This document shows positions 52,201 to 62,552 of a stretch of DNA of 64,000 nt, in pieces. The stretch spans positions 169,558-233,557 of the forward strand of contig CAVSHI010000006.1 of the NCBI GenBank assembly GCA_963727845.1, read 5' to 3'. Position 1 is the stretch's first letter. Every line of letters begins with the position of its first letter. The notes below the pieces were generated by a model, which ran no database searches, was not told where the DNA came from, and worked only from the letters and a program-made list of their open reading frames with translations. This DNA is from Ignavibacteriota bacterium (GTDB lineage Bacteria > Bacteroidota > Ignavibacteria > UBA10030 > SZUA-254). The position numbers and the translations under genes are program-made.

Positions 52201-52911
52201 ATGTCTGAATCCGTTATCGCCGGCACCCTCTACATCGTCAGCACGCCGATTGGCAATCTGGAGGACATCACGTTCCGTGCCGTCAGCATCCTCTCCGGTG
52301 TCGACCTGATCGCGGCTGAGGACACGCGTAAGACGGGAATCCTCCTTAATCATTATCAGCTCCGGAAGCCTCTGGTCAGTTTCTTCAGCTTCAACGAAGC
52401 GCGTCGCACGCCCGAACTCATCGCCAAGCTCAAAAGCGGAACATCCATCGCGCTGGTGACGGATGCCGGAACGCCTGGAATTTCCGACCCCGCATTCCGG
52501 ATAATCCGTGCAGCGCTGGATGAATCCATCCCGGTGGTTGCAATTCCCGGACCTACTGCATTTCTTCCCGCGCTCATCGTAAGCGGACTGCCGGTCGAGC
52601 GATTTGTGTTCGAAGGCTTTCTTCCCGTGAAGAAGGGAAGGAAAACGATGCTGGAAAGTCTGCGGCGCGAAAACCGGACAATCATTCTGTACGAATCACC
52701 TCATCGTCTTCTCAAGACCCTGCGGGAGCTCCAGGAGCATCTCGGCAACCGTGAGATCTCCGTCGCGCGGGAGTTGACGAAAAAATTCGAGGAAGTTGTC
52801 CGGGGCAGGATTTCCGATGCCATCAACCATTTCTCCACCCATAAGATCCTCGGTGAATTTGTGATCGTTCTGGGCGGTTCTTCCGGGGGATGCTCGGACC
52901 CCACTGCATAA
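52201..52911 (+). CDS. rsmI: 16S rRNA (C1402) 2'-O-methyltransferase
   Basis: TPIGNLEDIT, EDTR, DAGTPGISDP, YESPHR, RELTKKFEE. Confidence 0.95.
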   Translation: MSESVIAGTLYIVSTPIGNLEDITFRAVSILSGVDLIAAEDTRKTGILLNHYQLRKPLVSFFSFNEARRTPELIAKLKSGTSIALVTDAGTPGISDPAFRIIRAALDESIPVVAIPGPTAFLPALIVSGLPVERFVFEGFLPVKKGRKTMLESLRRENRTIILYESPHRLLKTLRELQEHLGNREISVARELTKKFEEVVRGRISDAINHFSTHKILGEFVIVLGGSSGGCSDPTA

Positions 52912-52915
52912 TGTT

Positions 52916-52952
52916 CCATCATCCATCTTCTATCATCCATCTTCCATCATCC
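52916..52952. repeat. TCCATCW heptamer run
   Basis: TCCATCA-TCCATCT-TCTATCA-TCCATCT-TCCATCA; same unit as inside the 11298/19423 composite repeat. Confidence 0.7.
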
Positions 52953-52984
52953 GTTATCAGCGGTCTCAGCGGTCGCGGTCAGAC

Positions 52985-53013
52985 TTGATTTTTGGGCTAA
53001 ACTATGGTATATT
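52985..53013 (+). promoter_or_regulatory. sigma70 promoter of groESL with extended -10
   Basis: TTGATT-17-TATATT, with TG one base before the -10 box. Confidence 0.8.
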
Positions 53014-53014
53014 G

Positions 53015-53041
53015 TTAGCACTCTGTCAAAGAGAGTGCTAA
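53015..53041. promoter_or_regulatory. CIRCE operator (HrcA site)
   Basis: Perfect TTAGCACTC-N9-GAGTGCTAA upstream of groES. Confidence 0.97.
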
Positions 53042-53117
53042 CGGCTACGAGATGCAATCTCTTCTTTGGTAAAACAATTCTAATTCATTAAAAATCAATC
53101 ATTTATGAGGAGTTTAT

Positions 53118-53402
53118 ATGAAGATTAAACCCCTAGCAGATCGTGTTGTAATCAAGCCCTCCGCGGCTGAAGAAATGACCAAGGGTGGGATTATCCTTCC
53201 GGATACAGCGAAGGAGAAGCCCGTCGTTGGAGAAGTTGTTGCCGCAGGTCCCGGTCGGAAAGGCGACGACGGAAAGGTCGTTCCGATGGAGCTGAAAGTC
53301 GGCGATAAAGTGCTGTACGGAAAGTACTCGGGGACGGAAGTCACGCTCGACAGTCAGGAGTATCTGATCATGCGCGAGAGCGACATTTTTGCAGTTGTGT
53401 AG
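53118..53402 (+). CDS. groES: Co-chaperonin GroES
   Basis: [23 protein letters not shown]. Confidence 0.98.
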   Translation: MKIKPLADRVVIKPSAAEEMTKGGIILPDTAKEKPVVGEVVAAGPGRKGDDGKVVPMELKVGDKVLYGKYSGTEVTLDSQEYLIMRESDIFAVV

Positions 53403-53481
53403 GCAAAAGGTCGCCTCAAACAACGTGAGGCAAACAACCCATTTCAACGAAATCAAGAAGTTTAAACATAAGAGGAGTTAA

Positions 53482-55128
<1,647 letters not shown>

Positions 55129-55156
55129 AAAGCAGTTGGCTTCAGATGTTCATGGA

Positions 55157-55196
55157 AAGCCCCCGGTGGGAAATACCGCCGGGGGCTTCCCTTTTT
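55157..55196 (+). terminator. groESL terminator
   Basis: AAGCCCCCGGTGG-GAAATA-CCGCCGGGGGCTT followed by CCCTTTTT. Confidence 0.85.
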
Positions 55197-55258
55197 ATTG
55201 AGAATTTCTCTTGATTTGAGAGAGAACCGCTTCCACTTACGATCCATCTAGACGGTAT

Positions 55259-55396
55259 TGTCCTAATCTGGTGAAGTGCCGTGCGGTCACGAACCCCCGC
55301 CTGCCCAAAGCAATGCTTTGTTGCGGCGGGCAGGATTTCGTGACCGAATTGTGGTTGTGTCACGGTGTGGACCGTGACAGCCACTAAATTAGGACA
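55259..55396. repeat. Nested palindromic element (outer inverted repeat, REP pair, inner inserts)
   Basis: Outer TGTCCTAATCTGGTG / CACTAAATTAGGACA (13/15); inner CGGTCACGAA...TTCGTGACCG and TGTCACGGT-GTGG-ACCGTGACA. Confidence 0.75.
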
Positions 55397-55416
55397 GAAT
55401 CATCCGGATTCTTTTC

Positions 55417-55445
55417 TTGACACGATCCCTATTTTTCAGTATATT
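55417..55445 (+). promoter_or_regulatory. Near-consensus sigma70 promoter
   Basis: TTGACA-17-TATATT. Confidence 0.8.
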
Positions 55446-55559
55446 CACCGTTGCTTCAAAGACAACGCCCTCCCGATCCAGGGGAAGAGTTTAAACACTT
55501 CTTCTGCTTGCCGTCCACAAATTCACTATTAATCACAACACATTCTCAGAGGAGGTTCC

Positions 55560-55778
55560 ATGGACGCATTATTTTCAAAAATCATCAAAGCGGGCGACCG
55601 CACGTACTTCATCGACGTGAAGGAAGCCAAGAACAAATCAAAGTACCTGACCATTGCGGAAAGCAAGAAGGCGACGGAGGGGGACAAGAAATTCACCCGG
55701 TCGAGCGTCATGGTTTTTGATAATCAGGCGGCGCCATTCCACGAAGCGCTCGAAGAAGCGATGAAGGTCTTGTCATAG
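55560..55778 (+). CDS. DUF3276 / PUR-like single-stranded nucleic acid-binding protein
   Basis: FSKIIKAGDRTYFIDVKE, YLTIAESK, RSSVMVF; GGAGG RBS. Confidence 0.85.
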   Translation: MDALFSKIIKAGDRTYFIDVKEAKNKSKYLTIAESKKATEGDKKFTRSSVMVFDNQAAPFHEALEEAMKVLS

Positions 55779-55800
55779 ACGGGACGATCTCAATGCGTTG

Positions 55801-55840
55801 CTCCCCGGGGACAATTTCCGTTACCCGGGGAGTTTTTTTT
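55801..55840 (+). terminator. Intrinsic terminator
   Basis: CTCCCCGGG...CCCGGGGAG followed by T8. Confidence 0.85.
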
Positions 55841-55966
55841 ATTCGCGAACGAGGGGAACCTCAGGGACTGCTTACAACCGGGATTGACAGTTTCTCATTA
55901 TGATTCCTGAGTGCTGCGCCGGACCTCACCTGTAATCCTCTCCTACGAGGAGAGGATGTTGTGCCT

Positions 55967-56170
55967 TTACCGGACGGTCTTCTTCCGGTTCGTCAGCACG
56001 AAAATCACCCCGCCGACAATCATGATGGCACCCCACCAGATATCCGCGTGAAGATTCCACAGAACTTTTTGCTGCTCGGGGGGATTCGCAAGAGCATACA
56101 GCCCGGAGATCGTTACAACAACTCCCAGGACCGAAAGGAGCAGTCCGACAAAATACCAGATTGGTTTCAT
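55967..56170 (-). CDS. Small two-TM membrane protein after the symporter
   Basis: MKPIWYFVGLLLSVLGVVV...LHADIWWGAIMIVGGVIF. Confidence 0.8.
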   Translation of the reverse strand: MKPIWYFVGLLLSVLGVVVTISGLYALANPPEQQKVLWNLHADIWWGAIMIVGGVIFVLTNRKKTVR

Positions 56171-56183
56171 GGTCTTCTTCTCC

Positions 56184-57845
56184 TTACCAGTAATAAATAT
56201 TGAGCACGACCAGGATAATAAGAGACAGGATCGCGACAAATTCGGGCCTCTTCATGAACGGCACGGGTTCGGCAAGGGTTTCCGCCGTGAGTCCCTTCAC
56301 CAGCCCTACGAGATCCTCCTTCGGTTTCTTCCGGGTGAACAAACTGATGACGATCGTGACGCTGAAGCAAATCAGCCAGGCCCACCACGCCCGCCAGAAG
56401 TTCGCGGCCATGTCACTGGCAACCGGAGAGAGAGTCAGGGTCGCGGTTCCTATCCATTGGAACTTGAGGGCGAGAAACAGGATGAAGGATGACCCCATCC
56501 CTGCAAGGAGCCCCCAGAATGCCCCGGCCGGTGTAATCCAGACGAAGAACATCCCGAGCAGCATGGTTGCAAAGAGCGGTGCATTCACCCACGAGAAAAT
56601 TGCCTGCATATAATCCATGATGCTCGGAAAAGTTTTGGCCCAGTAGGCAGTTCCTACACTAAGGATGATGCCGATGACCGTCGTTATTCTCCCCATTTTT
56701 AACAATTGAGCATCCGTGGCGTTCTTGTTGATGAGCGAACGGTAGATGTCGTATGTCCAGACGGTATTGAACGCGCTCACGTTTCCGGCCTGGCCTGCCA
56801 TGAAACCAGCGAGCAGAGCCGTCACTCCCAACCCGATCAATCCGCTCGGATAGTACCGCTGGATGAGGAGCGGGAGAGCGGAGTCGTAGTTGATCTGGCC
56901 GCCGTCATGCAGCAAAGTAAATCCCGAATTCGGGTCTCTCGCGAGTGCGAGTGCGACAAGTCCTGCCATAATGACGATGAAGGGAACGGCCATTTTGAAA
57001 AACGAGGCGATGATCGGCGTCATCCGCGCCGATCGCAGGTCCTTTGCGGAAAAAGCACGCTGCACGACCAGGAAATCCGTCGTCCAGTAGCCGAAAGAAA
57101 GCACGAACCCCAATCCAAGCACGATGCCCGCCCATGTGATGACCATGCCGTTCTGGGCAGGGTCGGCGGAGGTTGACCACAATGTGTTAAAGGAGGATGG
57201 GACTTTGGCGAACACCGCGCTGATCCCTCCAAGCTCGACGATGCCCAGAATGGAAACGAGGAAAAGTCCGAACCAGATCAGGAAGAACTGGACGATTTCC
57301 GTGAAGATTGCCGAAAGCAGGCCGCTCATGGCAACGTAGGCTCCGACGGTGACCGCCGACATCCACATGCTGATATTCCAGTCCCATCCGAGGAACGTGT
57401 GCAGGACAAGGGCCATCGCGTAGAGATTGATGCCCGAAACAAGAAGTGTCATCAAAGCAAATGCGAAGGCGTTGAGCACACGGGTTCGTTCGTCGAAGCG
57501 CAGCTTCAGATAGCCCGGCACCGAGTGGATACGGCTGCTGTAGTAGAACGGCATCATGTAGATGCCGAGGAACAGCATTGCCGGAATCGCGCCGATCCAG
57601 TAGAAGTGCGCGACGTACATTCCGTATTTGTACGTGTTGCCGGTCATGCCGAGCAGCTCCAGCGCGCCGAGGTTCGCGGAGAGAAAGGCAATGCCCGCGA
57701 CCCAGGAGCTGTTCTTCCTTCCCGCGATGAAAAAATCTTCCTGGCTCTTCGTGAATCGCTTGAGGTAATACCCAAGCCCCAGGATGAACGCAAAATAGAT
57801 TCCGATGACAAGCCAGTCGTTGAATGATAGACCGATAGTGGTCAT
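56184..57845 (-). CDS. Sodium:solute symporter (probably galactose or another sugar)
   Basis: DFFIAGR, ANLGALE, YWTTDFLVVQR, multi-TM; follows galK. Confidence 0.9.
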   Translation of the reverse strand: MTTIGLSFNDWLVIGIYFAFILGLGYYLKRFTKSQEDFFIAGRKNSSWVAGIAFLSANLGALELLGMTGNTYKYGMYVAHFYWIGAIPAMLFLGIYMMPFYYSSRIHSVPGYLKLRFDERTRVLNAFAFALMTLLVSGINLYAMALVLHTFLGWDWNISMWMSAVTVGAYVAMSGLLSAIFTEIVQFFLIWFGLFLVSILGIVELGGISAVFAKVPSSFNTLWSTSADPAQNGMVITWAGIVLGLGFVLSFGYWTTDFLVVQRAFSAKDLRSARMTPIIASFFKMAVPFIVIMAGLVALALARDPNSGFTLLHDGGQINYDSALPLLIQRYYPSGLIGLGVTALLAGFMAGQAGNVSAFNTVWTYDIYRSLINKNATDAQLLKMGRITTVIGIILSVGTAYWAKTFPSIMDYMQAIFSWVNAPLFATMLLGMFFVWITPAGAFWGLLAGMGSSFILFLALKFQWIGTATLTLSPVASDMAANFWRAWWAWLICFSVTIVISLFTRKKPKEDLVGLVKGLTAETLAEPVPFMKRPEFVAILSLIILVVLNIYYW

Positions 57846-57867
57846 GTGGGGACCTTTCGAAAATGTT

Positions 57868-59145
57868 TCAAACGGTTTGCTCCATAAGACAGGTCGTTCC
57901 TATGGAGCGGATGGTTAGCTGCCTGACGCAGCCGGCGGTAAAGGCGGATTCCATGAAGGCAATGTATTGGCCGGCGCTCTTGTGCGGCACGAAGGCGAGG
58001 ATAGTTCCCGCGAACCCGCCGCCATGCACGCGGCAGGCGCCGGATCCGGTTTTCCTCAGGAATTGCTCTGTCAGCGCGAGACCCAGAGCGACTCCCTGCT
58101 CGGAAGAATTCCGGGCGGTATAGCAATTCTGCAGCCACTGGTACGAGGACCGGCCGGACTCGGTGACGAGACGCAGAAAGGTCTCCACGTTTCCTTTTCG
58201 CAGGGCGGCCACCTGAAGTTCCACACGCTCATTTTCGTCGATGAAGTGCAGCGCCCGCGACACAGCCCTGTCGCCGACCGCCGTGCGAAGCCGGCCTGCG
58301 TTCTTCAGGATATCTTCCCTGGAAATGTCCCTACACCATTCCTTGTTGAACTGCGCGGCAACGGATCTCATTTCCCTGGGAATGGATGCGTACTCTTCCG
58401 TCAAATCGGCGTGGTGCCCGCCGGTATCGACAACAAGCAGGCTGTATCCGGCAGCGGTGAAATCGTACTCGAATCTCTCGACATGAGGGTTCCCCGGGTC
58501 TTTGAAATCGATCTTGATCATCCCTCCGGTAGCACACGCGGTTTGATCCATCAGTCCGCATGGTTTGCCGAAATACGTGTTCTCGGAAAACTGGCCGACG
58601 AGCGCGATCGTTTGCGGGTCGATCCTGCCGTCGTTGTACAACACGTTCATGATAGTCGCAATGAGCACCTCAACCGAAGCGGAGGAGCTAAGCCCCGATC
58701 CGACGAGGACGTCGCTCGTAACGCATGCATTGAATCCCCCGATGTGGTATCCAAGCTCACGGAACCGGGCGGCGATCCCCCGGATGAGCGCCGTGGTTGT
58801 CCCACGTTCCTTGTTCACAGGTGCGAGATCGTCCAGGTTAACGCAAAACGGTTGGGGGTATCCCTCGGAGCGAACGACAATCTTCCTTTCGGGCGATGGT
58901 GCGGCGGCCGCTATGGAATCGAGATTGATGCTTGCGGCGAGAACTTTGCCGTGGTTATGGTCGGTGTGGTTGCCGCCGATTTCGGTGCGGCCCGGAGTGC
59001 TGAAAAGGCGGGGGTTTACAGCCCCAAACCTGCTGTGGAAATCCTTCAGGAGAGCGTTCCATCGTCGTTCCTGCCGGGAGAGATTCCCCCGTTCAGATCC
59101 GTAAAGGTGCGAGAGCCAGTCTTGAGGTGGGTCGGGAGGGATCAT
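57868..59145 (-). CDS. galK: Galactokinase (GHMP kinase)
   Basis: PGRTEIGGNHTDHN, GSGLSSSAS, CGLMDQ, RVHGGGFAG. Confidence 0.88.
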   Translation of the reverse strand: MIPPDPPQDWLSHLYGSERGNLSRQERRWNALLKDFHSRFGAVNPRLFSTPGRTEIGGNHTDHNHGKVLAASINLDSIAAAAPSPERKIVVRSEGYPQPFCVNLDDLAPVNKERGTTTALIRGIAARFRELGYHIGGFNACVTSDVLVGSGLSSSASVEVLIATIMNVLYNDGRIDPQTIALVGQFSENTYFGKPCGLMDQTACATGGMIKIDFKDPGNPHVERFEYDFTAAGYSLLVVDTGGHHADLTEEYASIPREMRSVAAQFNKEWCRDISREDILKNAGRLRTAVGDRAVSRALHFIDENERVELQVAALRKGNVETFLRLVTESGRSSYQWLQNCYTARNSSEQGVALGLALTEQFLRKTGSGACRVHGGGFAGTILAFVPHKSAGQYIAFMESAFTAGCVRQLTIRSIGTTCLMEQTV

Positions 59146-59363
59146 GCTTTACCGTTGGATCTGGCGATAAAGAATCTCGCACACACATCGCCGGAAAACC
59201 TTCCGTTCTTCTTGCATTCTGCAATATGTTTGCGGAGAGCTTCAAGATCTTCGGCCTCCGGGGAGAAACAGAAGTCTTCCAGCATGTCGCCACACGAGGT
59301 ACAAAAGACGATTTTCTCTTGTAGTGGCGCCTCGTCGTCATCCAATGGGCATTTATCTCGCAC
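59142..59363 (-). CDS. Small acidic Cys-rich hypothetical protein (GTG start)
   Basis: 6 Cys including CTSC; ATGA overlap with galK; TTGATA-17-TATAAT promoter just upstream. Confidence 0.6.
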   Translation of the reverse strand: MRDKCPLDDDEAPLQEKIVFCTSCGDMLEDFCFSPEAEDLEALRKHIAECKKNGRFSGDVCARFFIARSNGKA

Positions 59364-59587
59364 AGCATGTCATGTTATTTGCAATTCTATTATAATGTTC
59401 TTACCATTAAATATCAAATCAGGCGGGCTATTTGATATATGTAACATGGTTTCCCCGGAGGGCGATGGGGTCGAAAACCCCGCGCCCGGGAAAATTCTCG
59501 CTGAGAGCGAATAGTGGAATGATGATCTTCTGAGGATATCTCAAAGACGTGTTTTATTATTCAAATTCAGGAAAGGAGATGTGGGTC

Positions 59588-60238
59588 ATGAAACCAGTTA
59601 GGAATGTTCGATATCCGCGATTTTGCACTTCCCTTGCTCTTGCTGCAATACTTTTGTTACTTCTTTACGGATGCCACAAATCGGAAGTGAGAAGCTCTGC
59701 AAAGCCGGTTGCGACGATTCAGAGCCTGCAAACGGCGTACGCGAGGGCTGTCACGTATGTGAGAACGTACACGTTGTTCGTCCGGCAGGCCGAGAAAGAA
59801 CGGAACACTGCCATAGCCAACCTTTGCCGTGCGATTGCACGGTCGGAAGAGATTCGCGCTGGAAATCATGCGAGACTTCTGCGGAGTTTGGGCGTTGAGC
59901 CCGTCATGCCGCCGGAAGAGCATGTCGCCGTCGGTACTGTGGCTCAGACGTTGAAGATGGGGTTGAGCTGTGAGGATATACAGCACGACGAGATGTATCC
60001 GGGGATGATCGGAACGGCAGCCATGGAAAAAGAATCCACCGCAGCCCGTCAGTTTAAAATGTCGCGGGACGTCGATGCGAGGCACCGGGAATTGTTTTTC
60101 GATGCCATCAATCAACGCGGAAGAGCCCCGAGGGTGGAGTATTTTCTGTGCCCTGGATGCGGATATGTGTTTGATTCCGACACGACCAATGAGTGTCCGG
60201 TGTGTCACATGAAGAAAGACAGTTTCATAAAGGTTTGA
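59588..60238 (+). CDS. Rubrerythrin-like lipoprotein with C-terminal rubredoxin-like domain
   Basis: AAGGAG RBS; lipobox LYGC; EMYP helix; CPGCG...CPVC. Confidence 0.8.
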   Translation: MKPVRNVRYPRFCTSLALAAILLLLLYGCHKSEVRSSAKPVATIQSLQTAYARAVTYVRTYTLFVRQAEKERNTAIANLCRAIARSEEIRAGNHARLLRSLGVEPVMPPEEHVAVGTVAQTLKMGLSCEDIQHDEMYPGMIGTAAMEKESTAARQFKMSRDVDARHRELFFDAINQRGRAPRVEYFLCPGCGYVFDSDTTNECPVCHMKKDSFIKV

Positions 60239-60307
60239 TGAACAGTTCCGACAGTGTCTATGGGTGAAAGATTCATTGCTCTCTTTCGAAAAACAGATGG
60301 AGGATGG

Positions 60308-60902
60308 ATGATAAGAAGGTATAGTAATTCGCTGATCAGTCCCGGACTACATTGGCTGGGAGTTCTGTGCGTGAGTCTTCTTGTATATTCCTGCGCAGCG
60401 CCCCCGACGAATTCGAGCCGCATCACGGCCATGGATGTCAAATCACAGAACATTCGAGAAAATCAGGGCGGGATTGGAATATCTGCTGGGCAACGACAGC
60501 GCCGGGATAGCCGCGATGGATTATGTGAAATCGTATGAAGACCAAATTTGGAAGTTCTATCCCAATGACAAGAATACAGTGGGGACACCAACACCACCTC
60601 CTCCTAACTATGAAGCTGTGTTATCATTCCTCGCATCATCGGGCGGCCCTGGCACACAGGAAACCCAAGAGAGATCCCGCTTGCAACTCTATATGAGTTT
60701 TGGGAAGGAAATGTTGAGGACTTCGAAGCTGAGGCTGAGTGAGGATTACGAATCGTGGCGCGCATCCGGAGACATCGGAAGCGCGAAGGCGGGATTCGCG
60801 GCGGGATATGTTGCATTGACACTCACTCCATCCGTGGCGGATCTGGAAGAGATTCAGAACAAAATGGTCGCATTGCTGGATAGCCTGACAGCGAAGAGAT
60901 AG
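60308..60902 (+). pseudogene. Putative lipoprotein split by a +1 frameshift near 60449
   Basis: Lipobox VYSC in one frame; body TFEKIRAGLEYLLG... in the next; removing one A from CAG(A)ACA joins them. Confidence 0.55.
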
Positions 60903-60914
60903 AATAAGTGAAAT

Positions 60915-61988
60915 TCATTGACTCGGGTTCCTTCTCCAGCTTACCGCGTACGAATATGTTGTATCATTCTTAAACGGAGTAATGTCCTTGACAACACCGG
61001 TTTGGAGATCGATGACTAATACAGAGCCCCAAAAACCACCGCCAGGCCCTGCGTTGCACAGCAACTTGGCATCATCGGGCGAATAACAGACTGGCTCAAA
61101 GTCGCGGTACGGTCTATTCGTTGGCTCAAGGAGCGTCTCACGAGAACCATGCCGATCCATCGTGAATGCCGCGCGACCATTGTGATTGCTATTGTGGCCG
61201 CTGAACGCTATCTTGTCTCCCTTTCTCGAGTAGACAGGCGACCCGATCATATTGCCTACCTGACCCCATGACCCCACCGAGTCTCCATCAAGGCTGCAAT
61301 ACACGATCCTTCCAAATGGGAGCAAACGCTTCGCGGAGTCATACGCCGGCACCAGGTTGATCCCTAGGAGTTCCCTCCCATCTCTGGACCAATCGTTTAC
61401 AAAGAACGGATAGGGAAAGTGCTGAGGGATGGACGTCAGAAAGCCATCCAAGCCAATAACGATGTTTCCCCGGGCGTCGAGCGCTTCTTCTCCACCTTGG
61501 ATGTTATAGAGGATTCGCCTGGAGTCAGGGGACCAGACTGGGTGTTGAACTCCGAAAGCAATACGCCTCCTTCCTGATCCATTAACATTCATCACGTAAA
61601 GACCCGAAATGGTGTCAACTGCGCCCGGCCGAACTGGCTGGTTCAACACGAAGGCGATGTTCTCTCCGTCGGGGGAATAGTTGGCGTCCCAAACCCACTC
61701 AGTTGTATCACTTGTCAACTTCCGGATAGAAGACCCATCTTCATTCATGCTGTAAAGTTGAGAAGCGCTTGTCGGTGTGAACAAGTGGACATGATTGGAT
61801 ATGAACAGAATAGTGCCCGCTTGCACGGAACGCGCTCTCTGCCGGGTCTGCTGCACTCCGGTTGTATCGATTGGAAAAAGCCCCTCGCATGATAATATTA
61901 CAATTATGAGGGGAACAAACGCAAAGTTAGGGACCTTTGACACGGTTCTGTGAACCTTCCACTTGATGCGGTAAGGTAAAGAATTCAA
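60915..61988 (-). CDS. TolB-like (PD40) beta-propeller protein, probable lipoprotein (start uncertain)
   Basis: LYSMNEDGS, YSPDGENIAF, WSPDSRRI, WSRDG, YSPDD repeats; ILSC lipobox. Confidence 0.8.
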   Translation of the reverse strand: MNSLPYRIKWKVHRTVSKVPNFAFVPLIIVILSCEGLFPIDTTGVQQTRQRARSVQAGTILFISNHVHLFTPTSASQLYSMNEDGSSIRKLTSDTTEWVWDANYSPDGENIAFVLNQPVRPGAVDTISGLYVMNVNGSGRRRIAFGVQHPVWSPDSRRILYNIQGGEEALDARGNIVIGLDGFLTSIPQHFPYPFFVNDWSRDGRELLGINLVPAYDSAKRLLPFGRIVYCSLDGDSVGSWGQVGNMIGSPVYSRKGDKIAFSGHNSNHNGRAAFTMDRHGSRETLLEPTNRPYRDFEPVCYSPDDAKLLCNAGPGGGFWGSVLVIDLQTGVVKDITPFKNDTTYSYAVSWRRNPSQ

Positions 61989-62552
61989 GAGAGAGTGTCA
62001 AACCACTCTCCCGTTCCGCAGAAGATAATGGCAGCTGTGTTTGCCACGTAAGGCTGTGTTTCGTTCAGCGCGGACGCTGAATGGAGCGGGGATGGCTAGT
62101 TCATTGCTCGCCCGCTCCGAAGTCGAAGCCGATCGCTGAGTAATTGCACCGCTTCGTCGGTTGCCGATTCGTGTCTGATGGATGTTCCGTCTTTGTTCTT
62201 CACTTTCTTTTGCATTCTTGTTCATGAATCTTATTGTAAGGCCTGCCGAAAGTGAATTTTAAGTGTCGCATGAGCAATCAGACTTTTTTGTCTGCGGCTA
62301 TTTTTTCTCGTTCATGATTTTTCTATTGATTCTTTCTGTTCTTTGGCGTAACTTTATTCCGAAATTTAACATAGGCTCCCGAGTGTTCATCTCCCGTGCG
62401 CTTTGTGACCTGCTAGCCGAACGATTCCTACCGTTCCTCCACCGAGCCGCTCGCCGCAACGGGTTCATAATTCGGAAGCAAGCATTCGCTCTTTGATGAA
62501 TCATGGAACTGGGGGTTGACGTTCCGCAAAATCACAATAGGAGATCCTTGCT

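Noticed and set aside
55845-55960. Possible ncRNA (CTCAGGGA...TTCCTGAG) and CCTCTCCT-ACG-AGGAGAGG hairpin
   Set aside because: No known RNA family recognised; the hairpin is adequately explained as another small palindromic repeat or terminator between convergent genes
61998-62504. Two short basic ORFs on the minus strand
   Set aside because: No motifs, RBS or coupling; they may be intergenic noise between divergent genes
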